Assembly: GCA_947364715.1 (NCBI GenBank)
Contig: CANAUI010000005.1
Coordinates: forward strand, 1-61,794
Source: an uncultured Clostridium sp.
GTDB lineage: Bacteria; Bacillota; Clostridia; TANB77; CAG-508
DNA: 61,794 nucleotides
Direction: 5' to 3'
Part shown: piece by piece, positions 8,144 through 18,389 of the stretch
Layout of the letters: every line of letters starts with the position of its first letter
Position numbering within the stretch: position 1 is the first letter of the stretch
The notes under the pieces: model-generated
The model's database searches: none
The model's input: the letters and a program-made list of their open reading frames with translations, nothing else
What the model was told of the DNA's origin: nothing
Translations under genes and position numbers: made by a program

Positions 8144-9373
8144 CTATTTTTCTCTTCTAATAATCCAATCTCTTTCACATTTTATTGGTAAATTTATCAA
8201 AACCTTTTGTCCTTTAACACCTGGACTTACTGCTTGTATTTCTTCTTTAGTATCATAATCCCATAAATTATCAATTGTGAATTGTACAGGCTCTAATTGA
8301 TATGGAATTAGTATTTCCATTTTATCTCCCACTTGAAGTTTATTTTTTATTTCGATAACAGATTTTGCTTCATCATATTCTACTACTTTTCCTCCAAATT
8401 CGTATTTTTCATTATATTGTCTTCCTCCATATTCTTGTATATCTTTATTACTTCTGTCATTAAAATAAAATGTAGTTAGTCCTCTTGTTTTCACTTTTTC
8501 TAATTCTTTTAAATATTTTGTATAATCATAATGTTCTGGGTCTTTATAATAATCATCTATCGCATTTCTATAAGCACCTATTACACTTGCTAAATAGTAT
8601 TCTGTTTTTAATCTTCCTTCTATTTTTAAGCTATCTACTCCCATGTCAAGAATTTCTGGTATTTCTTTTATTAAACATAAATCTTTGGAAGAGAAAATAC
8701 TTGTCCCATATTCACTAGTTTCAATTGGCATAAATTCTCCTGGATTATTTTTTTCTTCTGCATATAAATTATATGACCATCTACAACTTTGTGCACAGTC
8801 TCCTAAATTTGCACTTCTACATGATAGAAAATCACTTAAAAAACATCTTCCTGAAAAAGCAAAACATATTGCTCCATGAACAAATATTTCAATTTCCATT
8901 CCTTCTGGCTTGTTTTCCATAATGTATTTTAATTGTTCTTTGTTCATTTCTCTTGCCATAATCATTCTTTTAGCTCCATTATTATACCAAAAGTTTGCAG
9001 AATGAATGCTTACAATATTTGCTTGTGTACTAATATTTATGGTTACATTTGGTGCATATTGTTCTAGTATATTTATAACTCCTCCATCAGCTACAATTAT
9101 TCCATCTGGTTTTAATTCTTCTAGTTTTTTTGCCATTTCTATAATTTCTTCATATTTTTCGTCCCATGCAAAAATGTTTAAGGTAACATATACTTTTTTT
9201 CCAATACTATGTGCATATTTAATTGTTTTTTCTAAATCGTCATCTTTCATATCTGCTCTTGTTCTTAATGATAATGATGATGTTCCACAATATATTGCAT
9301 CTGCCCCATATAAAAATGCTATTTTGGCTTTTTCATATGAGCCTGCTGGGGCTAATAATTCTACTTTTTTCAT
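8144..9373 (-). CDS. Peptidase U32 family protein (YrrN/YrrO/TrhP-like)
   Basis: MKKVELLAPAGSYEKAKIAFLYGADAIYCG and the U32 core E.FVHGA.C...SGRC.LS. Start taken at the second ATG (9373). Confidence 0.8.
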   Translation of the reverse strand: MKKVELLAPAGSYEKAKIAFLYGADAIYCGTSSLSLRTRADMKDDDLEKTIKYAHSIGKKVYVTLNIFAWDEKYEEIIEMAKKLEELKPDGIIVADGGVINILEQYAPNVTINISTQANIVSIHSANFWYNNGAKRMIMAREMNKEQLKYIMENKPEGMEIEIFVHGAICFAFSGRCFLSDFLSCRSANLGDCAQSCRWSYNLYAEEKNNPGEFMPIETSEYGTSIFSSKDLCLIKEIPEILDMGVDSLKIEGRLKTEYYLASVIGAYRNAIDDYYKDPEHYDYTKYLKELEKVKTRGLTTFYFNDRSNKDIQEYGGRQYNEKYEFGGKVVEYDEAKSVIEIKNKLQVGDKMEILIPYQLEPVQFTIDNLWDYDTKEEIQAVSPGVKGQKVLINLPIKCERDWIIRREK

Positions 9374-9616
9374 ATTTAATCTCATTCCTTACTTTTAATT
9401 CTTTTCTATATCTTTTTGCATTCATATTATACAATCTACAATTGTTTATGTCAATCAAAAAACAATTTAAGATTCTAAAAGTTATGTTACAATTCACAGT
9501 TGATAAATATTATCTTTTTTGAATTGTAACAAATTTATGTCTGAAATTAACTTTTTCAAGTAATTTTATTCCTTTTTATGTAAATATATGTTATAATTAT
9601 AAATGAGGTGAGCTTT

Positions 9617-11713
9617 ATGGCCTATTATATGAAAAAAAGAGAGGAATTTTTAGAACACTTACAAAATGTTAAAATAAATGAACTTCCCAAAAAACAATTA
9701 ATTGAAGACTTTAGAGGTAATGGATTATCTGATTTGTATGAACTCTTCATGAAATTAAAAGATTTTTTTATGACTGATAAACAATATTATCATTTATATG
9801 AAATAATATCTAATAATTATAGTCAAGAAATTTTAAAATTATTAAATAATCCTATATCTGTTTATGAAATTAATCAATTATTAGATTTAATAAAAATAAC
9901 TTATCTACAAATTGTTACACAAGATAATAATCTGGAGAATATACCAAAAGATGAAATAAATAGTCTCAAAATGATTGTCAATCAACATTTCCCTGATACA
10001 TTTCCATCTCTTATTAAATCTCCTATTAGTGCAGAAGAATACTCTAAACAACAGGAACTTATTAGAAAAACTGTTTGTGACCTTTCTGATAATTATTATT
10101 ATCAAGCTTCTTCACATGGTCAAAAAAATTCTGATTATTTAGGTAGTGCAATTTATTTAATTTACCGAAAATTACACCCTGAATTTTCCATTTCGGTACC
10201 AGGTCGTACAAAAGGTTTTCAAAGTTTTGTTACTAATATTCACAAAGAACTTGACCATTCTGTTAAAGATATGGTAGCTAGTGATATAAATAAAGGAATC
10301 ACTTTATCTGATGAAGAAAAATATATTATCTCAAATCTAGATAACCCTAAAAATTTCACTGATAAAACTAATTCAGATTTTTCTGGGATAACAATTGTTT
10401 TACATCATATGAATGATACTGTTTATTTTGATGAAAAAGACTCTGATAACGTGCAAATTTTAGAATTGAGAAGACAAAGAAATAAACATTTGCATTTTAT
10501 CCATAACATAAAAAGATTTTTAAGTGAAAATGATATTTTTCTATCACAAGAAGAATATTTCCAAATTTCCATACAACTGTTAGAATATCTACAAGATTCT
10601 ACCTATCCAGAATGTACACATGAAATTAAAGAAGGTTCTTATTCTTCAAAATTAAAACTAGCTATTGAAAATCACCAAAAACACTTAAAAGAAAATTCTT
10701 TTTGTTCTAGTGCAACTAATGAAGAGATAGAAGAATTATATAGTCTAATAGACTGTTTAAACAAAAATTTGGATGACAAATTACAACATGAAATATTAAA
10801 AGTTACTTTTCCTCATGTATTAGAAGATTCTTTACTTACTGATGATTTTAAAATAAAAGGAAAGTTCATAAAAGATGTTAAAAAAGCTAATGGTTTTTGT
10901 GCTATTTATTTCGAATTAACAGATGCATATAATAGAAAAACAGAAGTACAACTTCAATCTAACATGAGATATAAAGAAACAAAAAATGGATTATCTGCAC
11001 ATAATCATATTCAAAACAAAACACTTGATATTAGACATTTTTTTGAATTATCTGATGGTAGTGATAATCCTGAACTTTTAGAACGTTATCTTACTATTTT
11101 GGATAGAACTTCTCACATCCAAACTCATTATTTAAATAATAGACTATACTCTAAAAAAAGTAAATTGAATTATGCAGAATCACCAAAAGAAAAAAGAGAC
11201 TTACAAATTTCCATTGGAAGATTAGAACAAAAACTTAAACTCATTGAAATCGCTAAAAACAGTGTAAAAATTAAAGATGAATTTATAGAAGAACATGATA
11301 TGATAGATATGGATGCAACCAAAAAAGATGATAATTACGAATTAAGAACTATTGGCGATAAGACTATTAAGTTATATAATACTGTTACCAAAAAACGTAT
11401 TGAAAAATATCGTATTGAAAATTATCTTCCTAATTTCGCAAAATGCCACTCTCCTGTAAATATGAATGTTATCAGTTCTGCACATGCTACAGCTCCAGAA
11501 GCCCATATTAATAATAAAACTCTAATAGAAAGTTTTACTGAAATTTTAAGAGATGGTGACGAAGTTTCTTATCTTTCAGAAATATTAATAAATAAATTAG
11601 AAGAAATATTAAACATTAAAAATAGTAGCCAAATTTCCTATGAAGAATTAAGTAATTATGCTAAAGAAAATTTTTACAATGATAAAAATATCGATAATAA
11701 TTTGGAAATATAA
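9617..11713 (+). CDS. Large divergent RelA/SpoT-homolog (nucleotidyltransferase) domain protein
   Basis: RBS GAGGTGA then ATG at 9617. Motifs align loosely to RSH synthetase blocks: PGRTKGFQSFVTNIHKEL, DFSGITIVL, GFCAIYFEL..EVQLQSNMRY..SAHNHIQNK. Long flanking and inserted regions are unassigned. Confidence 0.45.
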   Translation: MAYYMKKREEFLEHLQNVKINELPKKQLIEDFRGNGLSDLYELFMKLKDFFMTDKQYYHLYEIISNNYSQEILKLLNNPISVYEINQLLDLIKITYLQIVTQDNNLENIPKDEINSLKMIVNQHFPDTFPSLIKSPISAEEYSKQQELIRKTVCDLSDNYYYQASSHGQKNSDYLGSAIYLIYRKLHPEFSISVPGRTKGFQSFVTNIHKELDHSVKDMVASDINKGITLSDEEKYIISNLDNPKNFTDKTNSDFSGITIVLHHMNDTVYFDEKDSDNVQILELRRQRNKHLHFIHNIKRFLSENDIFLSQEEYFQISIQLLEYLQDSTYPECTHEIKEGSYSSKLKLAIENHQKHLKENSFCSSATNEEIEELYSLIDCLNKNLDDKLQHEILKVTFPHVLEDSLLTDDFKIKGKFIKDVKKANGFCAIYFELTDAYNRKTEVQLQSNMRYKETKNGLSAHNHIQNKTLDIRHFFELSDGSDNPELLERYLTILDRTSHIQTHYLNNRLYSKKSKLNYAESPKEKRDLQISIGRLEQKLKLIEIAKNSVKIKDEFIEEHDMIDMDATKKDDNYELRTIGDKTIKLYNTVTKKRIEKYRIENYLPNFAKCHSPVNMNVISSAHATAPEAHINNKTLIESFTEILRDGDEVSYLSEILINKLEEILNIKNSSQISYEELSNYAKENFYNDKNIDNNLEI

Positions 11714-11717
11714 TGGA

Positions 11718-11749
11718 ACAAAAAGCATGAACTAAATCATGCTTTTTGT
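11718..11749. terminator. Bidirectional terminator between convergent genes
   Basis: ACAAAAAGCATGA-actaaa-TCATGCTTTTTGT (13-bp stem) followed by a T-rich tract. Confidence 0.6.
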
Positions 11750-11754
11750 TATTT

Positions 11755-12342
11755 TTATTTAATTTTACTAACAGCAAGTCCATCTCCAACTTCTAAAATC
11801 TCAGTCTCAATATTTGAATTTTCTGTTACTTGTTTAATATATTCTCTTAGATTTCTAACTGCTGTACGTTGTTTATGCTTATTATAATCACTCATAACAT
11901 AGCCCTTATATAAAACATTATCTGCAAAAATAATACCATCAGGTTTAATCATTCTTAATGACTCTTTTAAGAAAAAAGGATACTTCCCTTTAGCTGCATC
12001 AATAAATACAACATCATATTGTTGATTTAATGTTGGTAAAATTTCTACTGCATCTCCTTCATAAATATGTATTTTGTCTTCCACTTCTGCTAATTTGATA
12101 TTTATTTTTGCCTCTTTTACCCTTTCTTTTTCTCTTTCAATAGTATCAATTACACCATTTTCATCTAAAAAACTTGTAAAACATATAGCAGAATATCCAA
12201 CAGCTGTTCCAATTTCTAATATTCTATTAGGCTTATTTTTATTCAAATATTTTTCAATTACTTCTAGTGTTTCATCCATGATAATTGGAATATGTTCTTC
12301 TAATGCTTTTTTCTTTATTTTTTCTAATTCTTGCTTATTCAT
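11755..12342 (-). CDS. Class I SAM-dependent O-methyltransferase (YrrM/TrmR-like)
   Basis: ILEIGTAVGYSAI (SAM motif I), DVVFIDAAKGKY, FADNVLYKG. Typical of the catechol/tRNA O-methyltransferase family 3. Confidence 0.75.
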   Translation of the reverse strand: MNKQELEKIKKKALEEHIPIIMDETLEVIEKYLNKNKPNRILEIGTAVGYSAICFTSFLDENGVIDTIEREKERVKEAKINIKLAEVEDKIHIYEGDAVEILPTLNQQYDVVFIDAAKGKYPFFLKESLRMIKPDGIIFADNVLYKGYVMSDYNKHKQRTAVRNLREYIKQVTENSNIETEILEVGDGLAVSKIK

Positions 12343-12428
12343 TTTTTCCTCTTATATATCTAACTTTGTTTTATTTATATATAAATTAAATTGTATATTT
12401 ACAATTTTAATGCATACTAAGTTTGCTT

Positions 12429-12758
12429 TTATCTACCATTATCTCTATTATTAGATTTATTTTTATTTTTATAATTCACTAAATTTTTTATACATTCTCT
12501 AACATCTACATGATTATTTTTCCAATATTCAAACGCTTTCATAATATTAGCATCTTGTATAACTAAATCTATTGCTTCTTCAAGACTCATACCACTTTCT
12601 ATTAATTCATTAACTTTACTAACCAACTTTTGTCTATTTTTAGAATCTTCAGATAGACCTTTTTGATTTTTTTCCTCTTGTGATTTTTTCTGAGTTACAT
12701 CTCTCATTGCAAAATCAGAAGCTAAACCTGGTTGCCATTTCTTATAACCTCTCCCCAT
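12429..12758 (-). CDS. Hypothetical small basic protein
   Basis: ORF with RBS AAAGGAA before the ATG at 12758. No recognisable motif. Confidence 0.4.
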   Translation of the reverse strand: MGRGYKKWQPGLASDFAMRDVTQKKSQEEKNQKGLSEDSKNRQKLVSKVNELIESGMSLEEAIDLVIQDANIMKAFEYWKNNHVDVRECIKNLVNYKNKNKSNNRDNGR

Positions 12759-12799
12759 TTTTATCATTCCTTTCTCAAGACACAGAATTTTACTATCTT

Positions 12800-14614
12800 C
12801 TATTTATTTCTATTAGCTCTTTCTCTTTCCTTTGTATCTAAAATCTTCTTTCTTAATCTAATTGTTTTTGGTGTTATTTCTACTAATTCATCATCTTGAA
12901 TAAATTCAATTGCTTTTTCTAATGACATTTGGATTGGTGGTACTAGACGTAATGCTTCATCTGAACCAGAAGCTCTTGTATTTGTTAAATGTTTTTCTTT
13001 ACATACATTAATTGCTAAATCTTCTCCTCTTGAGTTTAACCCAACAATCATACCTTCATATACTTCTACACCAGGGCCAATGAATAAATCACCTTTATCT
13101 TGTGCATTGTATAATCCATATGTTACAGATTTTCCATTTTCAAAAGCAACAATAGTTCCTCTAACACGAGCTTGAATATCACCTTTATATGCCTGATATG
13201 AATCAAATATATGATTCATTGTTCCTTCTCCTTTAGTATCTGTTAAAAATTCTGTTCTATATCCAATTAGACCTCTAGCTGGAATTTTAAATTCTATTTT
13301 TGTATGTCCTGCCTCTGCTGGCTCCATATTTACCATTTCTGCTTTTCTTCTTCCTAATTTTTCAATAACATTTCCTACACAATCATCAGGAACATTAACT
13401 ACTAAATCTTCAATTGGCTCACATTTCACTTCATCAATTTCTTTAAAAATAACTTTTGGACGAGATACTAATAATTCGAAACCTTCTCTTCTCATTGTTT
13501 CAATTAATACAGATAAATGTAATTCACCTCTTCCTGACACTTCAAAAGAGTCTGGTGAATCTGTTTCTTTTACTCTTAATGATACATTTCTTTCTAACTC
13601 TTTAAATAATCTATCACGAATATGACGAGAAGTAATAAATTGACCTTCTTTTCCTGCAAATGGCCCATTATTTACACTAAAAGTCATAGATACTGTTGGC
13701 TCATCAATATCTACAAATGGTATTTTTTCTGGATTATTAAAATCACAAATAGTATCTCCAATATTAATACCTGGTAACCCTGCTAATTCAATAATATCTC
13801 CTGCTTTTCCTTCTTCTACTTCTACTTTATTTAATCCAACATGTGTATACACTTTTGCAATTCTACCTTGTGAAATTTTGTCTTCTTTTCCGCAAATTGC
13901 AACAGGCATCCCAACTTTTATTATTCCTCTTTCTACTCTTCCAACTGCAATTCTTCCTACATAATCATCATAATCAATGTTAGAAACTAACATTTGAGCA
14001 GGTCCCTCTTCATCACAGTTAGGTGCTTGAATTGTATTAATAATAGTTTCAAATAAACAATCTAAGTTATCTGATTCATCTGCTAAATCTGTTTTTGCAA
14101 TTCCATTTTTTGCTGATGCATATACAACTGGAAAGTCTAATTGTTCATCATTAGCATCTAATTCTATAAATAATTCTATTACTTGGTCAACTACTTTTTC
14201 TGGTGTTGCTCCTGGTCTGTCTATTTTATTAATAACAACAATTGGTTTTAACCCTAATGCTAAAGATTTTTTCAATACTTCTCTTGTTTGTGGCATTGCC
14301 CCTTCAAATGCATCTACTAAAAGTACAACACCATCTACTGTTTTTAAAACTCTTTCTACTTCTCCACCAAAGTCAGCATGTCCAGGTGTATCCACAATAT
14401 TAATTTTAATATCATCATGCATAACTGATGTATTTTTAGCAAGAATTGTAATTCCTCTTTCTTTTTCTTGGTCATTTGAATCCATAATTCTTTCTTGTAT
14501 TTGTTCATTTTCCCTAAAAATATGACTTTGTCTTAATAATGCATCTACTAATGTAGTTTTTCCATGGTCTACGTGTGCAATAATTGCAATATTTCTAATT
14601 TTTTCGTTGTTCAT
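12800..14614 (-). CDS. typA: Translational GTPase TypA/BipA
   Basis: AIIAHVDHGKTTLVD, DTPGHADFGGEVER, NKIDR. Full-length 604 aa, collinear with BipA. Confidence 0.95.
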   Translation of the reverse strand: MNNEKIRNIAIIAHVDHGKTTLVDALLRQSHIFRENEQIQERIMDSNDQEKERGITILAKNTSVMHDDIKINIVDTPGHADFGGEVERVLKTVDGVVLLVDAFEGAMPQTREVLKKSLALGLKPIVVINKIDRPGATPEKVVDQVIELFIELDANDEQLDFPVVYASAKNGIAKTDLADESDNLDCLFETIINTIQAPNCDEEGPAQMLVSNIDYDDYVGRIAVGRVERGIIKVGMPVAICGKEDKISQGRIAKVYTHVGLNKVEVEEGKAGDIIELAGLPGINIGDTICDFNNPEKIPFVDIDEPTVSMTFSVNNGPFAGKEGQFITSRHIRDRLFKELERNVSLRVKETDSPDSFEVSGRGELHLSVLIETMRREGFELLVSRPKVIFKEIDEVKCEPIEDLVVNVPDDCVGNVIEKLGRRKAEMVNMEPAEAGHTKIEFKIPARGLIGYRTEFLTDTKGEGTMNHIFDSYQAYKGDIQARVRGTIVAFENGKSVTYGLYNAQDKGDLFIGPGVEVYEGMIVGLNSRGEDLAINVCKEKHLTNTRASGSDEALRLVPPIQMSLEKAIEFIQDDELVEITPKTIRLRKKILDTKERERANRNK

Positions 14615-14716
14615 TTCAATTTCTCCCTTTCATTTATTTAAATATCTGATTGAGTTTTTTAGGATATTCTCACTTTATCTAATAATGATGACATTTACTA
14701 TTTTTGGAGCAATTTG

Positions 14717-14748
14717 GGACGTTTCTGTTGGACAAAACAGAAACGTCC
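14717..14748. terminator. 13-bp perfect hairpin between plsC and typA (terminator or 5'-UTR structure)
   Basis: GGACGTTTCTGTT-ggacaa-AACAGAAACGTCC. No clear U-tract on either strand. Confidence 0.3.
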
Positions 14749-14811
14749 TCAAAATCCTTCAAACTCTTAAATCTCTAAAAAATAAGCTTACAAAATTATA
14801 TACCAAATAAC

Positions 14812-15408
14812 CTATTTTGTCAACTCAACAATATTATTCATAATTTCTTCTGTTACCTTATCTAAAACATCTTTGTCTTTGCTTCCTTTATATTGACTAT
14901 AATCTAATGGTTTTCCATAAGTAATTGTGATTTTATGATTTTCTTTAGTTCCACCTTTTATACCACAAGGTACAACTTTTGCTCCACTTCTTATTGCAAA
15001 AAATGCAACACCATCTTTTACTTTTTCTCCTTTTTCTAAACCATTTCTAGTTCCTTCTGGGAATAATGCAATACATTTTCCTTCTTTTAAATCTTTTAAT
15101 GATTTTTTTATGGCAGATACATCTTTTTCATTTCTTTTAACTGGTATTGCCTCAAACGCCCAACCTAAAAATGCTAAAAATTTATTTTCGTATAAGTCTT
15201 CCTTAGCTAAAAATTTCATGTCTCTCTTGGCAGTTGCAACCATAAGTGGTGGGTCAATATAGCTTCTATGATTTCCACAAAATATAACTGCTCCATCTTG
15301 TGGAATATTTTCTAATCCTTTAATTTCTGCCTTATATACTATTTTAAACCATAAATATATTGCTCCTCTTACAATCCATTTTATAATTTCTTTTAAATTT
15401 TCTTTCAT
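14812..15408 (-). CDS. plsC: 1-acyl-sn-glycerol-3-phosphate acyltransferase
   Basis: HXXXXD motif (GNHRSYIDPP) and FPEGTR motif. Confidence 0.85.
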   Translation of the reverse strand: MKENLKEIIKWIVRGAIYLWFKIVYKAEIKGLENIPQDGAVIFCGNHRSYIDPPLMVATAKRDMKFLAKEDLYENKFLAFLGWAFEAIPVKRNEKDVSAIKKSLKDLKEGKCIALFPEGTRNGLEKGEKVKDGVAFFAIRSGAKVVPCGIKGGTKENHKITITYGKPLDYSQYKGSKDKDVLDKVTEEIMNNIVELTK

Positions 15409-15477
15409 TTTTTAATCTCATTCCTTTCCCTAGTCACAAACCTTTATCACATGTGTGTATCGAAATCTTTGATTTCG

Positions 15478-16143
15478 TTAATGAACATATTTCTTATTTT
15501 TTATTATTTCTATTATTTTTTCTACTACTTGTTCAATACTTAAATTTGTAGAATCTATATATATTGCATCTTCTGCTTTTTTTAATGGTGCAATTTCTCT
15601 AGTAGAATCTCTTTTATCTCTATCTTGTATTCCTTTTAATATTTCTTCATAAGACGCTTTTATACCCTTTTCTTCATTTTGCAACATTCTCCTTCTTGCT
15701 CTTTCTTCTGGTGTTGCATCTAAATAAATTTTTACATCTGCATTTGGAAATACAACTGTTCCAATATCTCTTCCTTCCATGATGACATTTTTTCCTTCTG
15801 CAATTTTTCTTTGTACTTGTAATAATTTATTTCTTATAATTGGTAGTACAGATACTGGTGAAACAAAATTATTAACATCATTTTCTCTAATTCTATTTGT
15901 TACTTCTTCCCCATTTAAAAATACTTTCCCATAAGAATCCATTTCAATATCAATTTTATCTAATATTTCTTTTATTTTTTCTTCTTCTTGTAATTCTATA
16001 TGTTTTTGAATCATATTTAAAGCAACACATCTAAATGTAGCACCTGTATCAATATTAACTAATCCTAATTTTTGTCCTACTAATTTTGTTATAGTTCCTT
16101 TTCCTGCTCCTGCTGGTCCATCAATTGCAACTATAAAATCCAT
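15478..16143 (-). CDS. cmk: Cytidylate kinase
   Basis: IAIDGPAGAGKGT P-loop, GRDIGTVVFP, RRR lid. Confidence 0.9.
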   Translation of the reverse strand: MDFIVAIDGPAGAGKGTITKLVGQKLGLVNIDTGATFRCVALNMIQKHIELQEEEKIKEILDKIDIEMDSYGKVFLNGEEVTNRIRENDVNNFVSPVSVLPIIRNKLLQVQRKIAEGKNVIMEGRDIGTVVFPNADVKIYLDATPEERARRRMLQNEEKGIKASYEEILKGIQDRDKRDSTREIAPLKKAEDAIYIDSTNLSIEQVVEKIIEIIKNKKYVH

Positions 16144-16222
16144 ATTATTTCCTCTTTTCTTTTTTACTTATATTATTTTATTCACATGTTTTAATTATTA
16201 AATGCTTAAATATTTTAATACT

Positions 16223-17080
16223 TTAATCTTGTTTTTCTGGTACATATATATTTTTAGCAACTACCTCTAAGTCAACTACATTCATAGCTGTTAGCTTTTC
16301 GATTTCTTTTCTTGCTTTATCTTTAAAATCTTTAATTCCGTCTATTACATTATTTCCATACATAACAGTTACTTCTACATAGATTTTTGCACCTTCTCCA
16401 TAATTTTCTACTCTTGTTTTTGATATCTTATAAATAGCTGGTGTTTTAACAGCAATATATTCTAAAATTTGTCTAAATACCAAATCAGATATTGTAAATT
16501 TACCTAAATAACTGAAAGTAGGTCTTATTATAGATTTTTCTGATATATATGGCTTTTGACCTTTTCCTTTTGATTTAAAAATTTGTAATGGGTCTAATAA
16601 ATATCCTGAAAAATCTTTTTTTATTTGAAAAGTTGGTACTGGTATAACATGTTTCCCCTCTGTTATACGAATTCTTCTTGCTGTTTCCATTTCTTGTTTT
16701 GTAGCAACATCTGTTATATATATATATTCGCTAATTTCAGGTAATCCCAAATTTGTTGCAATTTTTTGTACCATACCATCAGATGTCCCTAATATTAAAA
16801 TACTTTGTAATCTTTCTTTTTTTAATACTTTTACCACTTTATCTCTTTCTTCTTTTTCATAAAACAATGCATGTTTAACAGTACCTACTTTTGTAGGTGC
16901 TTTTTTTGCTGATTCACCAGCTAACACTTCATTATCTTTAATTAATAGTCCATCATCTATAATATAATTTATATTTCTTTCACTTGCTACCATTTGTGCA
17001 CGATAACTTTTTCCAGTCCCTGATGGTCCTACAAATGCATATACTTTTATTTTATTTCCAAATATTTCTTCTAATTTCAT
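16223..17080 (-). CDS. P-loop NTPase domain fused to an Asp23/Gls24-like C-terminal domain
   Basis: Walker A GPSGTGKS at the N-terminus. The C-terminal 110 aa (ISDLVFRQILEYIAVKTPAIYKI..YVEVTVMYGNNVIDGIKDFKDKARKEIEKLTAMNVVDLEVVAKNIY) follows the Asp23 pattern. Confidence 0.5.
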   Translation of the reverse strand: MKLEEIFGNKIKVYAFVGPSGTGKSYRAQMVASERNINYIIDDGLLIKDNEVLAGESAKKAPTKVGTVKHALFYEKEERDKVVKVLKKERLQSILILGTSDGMVQKIATNLGLPEISEYIYITDVATKQEMETARRIRITEGKHVIPVPTFQIKKDFSGYLLDPLQIFKSKGKGQKPYISEKSIIRPTFSYLGKFTISDLVFRQILEYIAVKTPAIYKISKTRVENYGEGAKIYVEVTVMYGNNVIDGIKDFKDKARKEIEKLTAMNVVDLEVVAKNIYVPEKQD

Positions 17081-17098
17081 ATCTATAAATACTTCCTT

Positions 17099-18238
17099 CT
17101 AATTTATATAATTTGTATTACTTAAATTTGGATAGCTAAATACTTTTCCACCTTCTGTAAATTGTCCACTTGGACTATGGTCTTGGTCAATCTTTTCTCT
17201 TCCTACTAAAAAATATTTATATTTAGATGTTTCACTAACAGTTCCTCCCCCTACTATAACAGGGTCATCCCAAGTAGTATCAACTGCATACCAGTTCCCA
17301 TTTAATTGTACATAATTCCAAGCATGACTTTCTGTTTCTCCTTGTGAATTTGTTCCTGTTCCAATTACCATAACACAAGGTATATCTAACACATCTAATA
17401 AATATTTGAATGCTCTTGCATATCCTTCACATACACATTCTTTATTTACCAATGCTCCATAAATATTATATATATTTTCTTTTTCTAAACTACTATCATA
17501 ATTAATTGTATCTATTAAATAGTCATGTATCATTTTAATATTTTCATAAGTATTTCCTGTCCTATTTTGTAAAATATGATTTTTTACCTGCTCAATTTGT
17601 GCAATTGCTTGATTAACTTGTTCTTTAGAATTAAATTCTTCTGTTAAATAATTTGCTTGGTTTCCAGAGTTTATATATACATTATATGTTGAATTTCCTC
17701 CTCTTGTCGTTGTTTCTATATTTAAATACATCTTTTTAGGACTTAAATAAAATACTTCTGCATTATCATATGTATATGCTTCAATTGCTGATTGATAATA
17801 TTCTCCTAATTTTTCTTGACCATTACTTTGAGATAATATATCTGAAAAACTTGTTCCTAATTCAATTTGATAAGTTCCTGTTTTCATTTGTTCTTTATTA
17901 CTTTCAAATGCTTTATATATAATTCTTGATTTTTCTTCTAGCTGATTATAAAAATATTTGTCTACTTGTACTTTTGAATAATCTGTATTGACATTATTTT
18001 TATTTTTTTCTATTGAACTGATTGGATTTTCAACAATTGCTGGTACTTCAATATTTTCTACTGTTTTTTCTTCACTTATAGCAATATTTTTTGAACTTTC
18101 TGCAAATGCTAATTTTTCATCTTCTTCTGAAAATTCTTGAATTGCAATAATACCAAAAACTATGATAACTGAAAAAATGCCTATAACAATTAAAAATAAT
18201 ATTACTGATGTAATTTTATCAATGATTTTTTCCTTCAT
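17099..18238 (-). CDS. Membrane-anchored transglutaminase-like cysteine peptidase domain protein
   Basis: N-terminal TM helix. Transglutaminase core CVCEGYARAFKYLL ... HAWNYVQL ... DTTWDD (Cys-His-Asp). Confidence 0.75.
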   Translation of the reverse strand: MKEKIIDKITSVILFLIVIGIFSVIIVFGIIAIQEFSEEDEKLAFAESSKNIAISEEKTVENIEVPAIVENPISSIEKNKNNVNTDYSKVQVDKYFYNQLEEKSRIIYKAFESNKEQMKTGTYQIELGTSFSDILSQSNGQEKLGEYYQSAIEAYTYDNAEVFYLSPKKMYLNIETTTRGGNSTYNVYINSGNQANYLTEEFNSKEQVNQAIAQIEQVKNHILQNRTGNTYENIKMIHDYLIDTINYDSSLEKENIYNIYGALVNKECVCEGYARAFKYLLDVLDIPCVMVIGTGTNSQGETESHAWNYVQLNGNWYAVDTTWDDPVIVGGGTVSETSKYKYFLVGREKIDQDHSPSGQFTEGGKVFSYPNLSNTNYIN

Positions 18239-18389
18239 GTTATTGTTTTCCTTTCATCACACTATGTTTTTATTATATCATTTTTGTTATGTAAAAACTA
18301 GTATAAATTTAAAAAATTTAGCAATAATATACAATAATAAGTTATTATAAGAATTTTAAAAGATATTCTTTAAAATAGGAGATTTCATT

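Noticed and set aside
7088-9398. Several plus-strand ORFs (7088-7537, 7305-7598, 8485-8718, 8643-8879, 9006-9398, 9223-9522) opposite the cysteine synthase and U32 peptidase genes
   Set aside because: These are antisense shadows typical of AT-rich genomes, with low-complexity composition and no RBS. The opposite-strand genes have clear family motifs. The same reasoning applies to the short ORFs inside typA, rnr, the locus genes and the giant gene.
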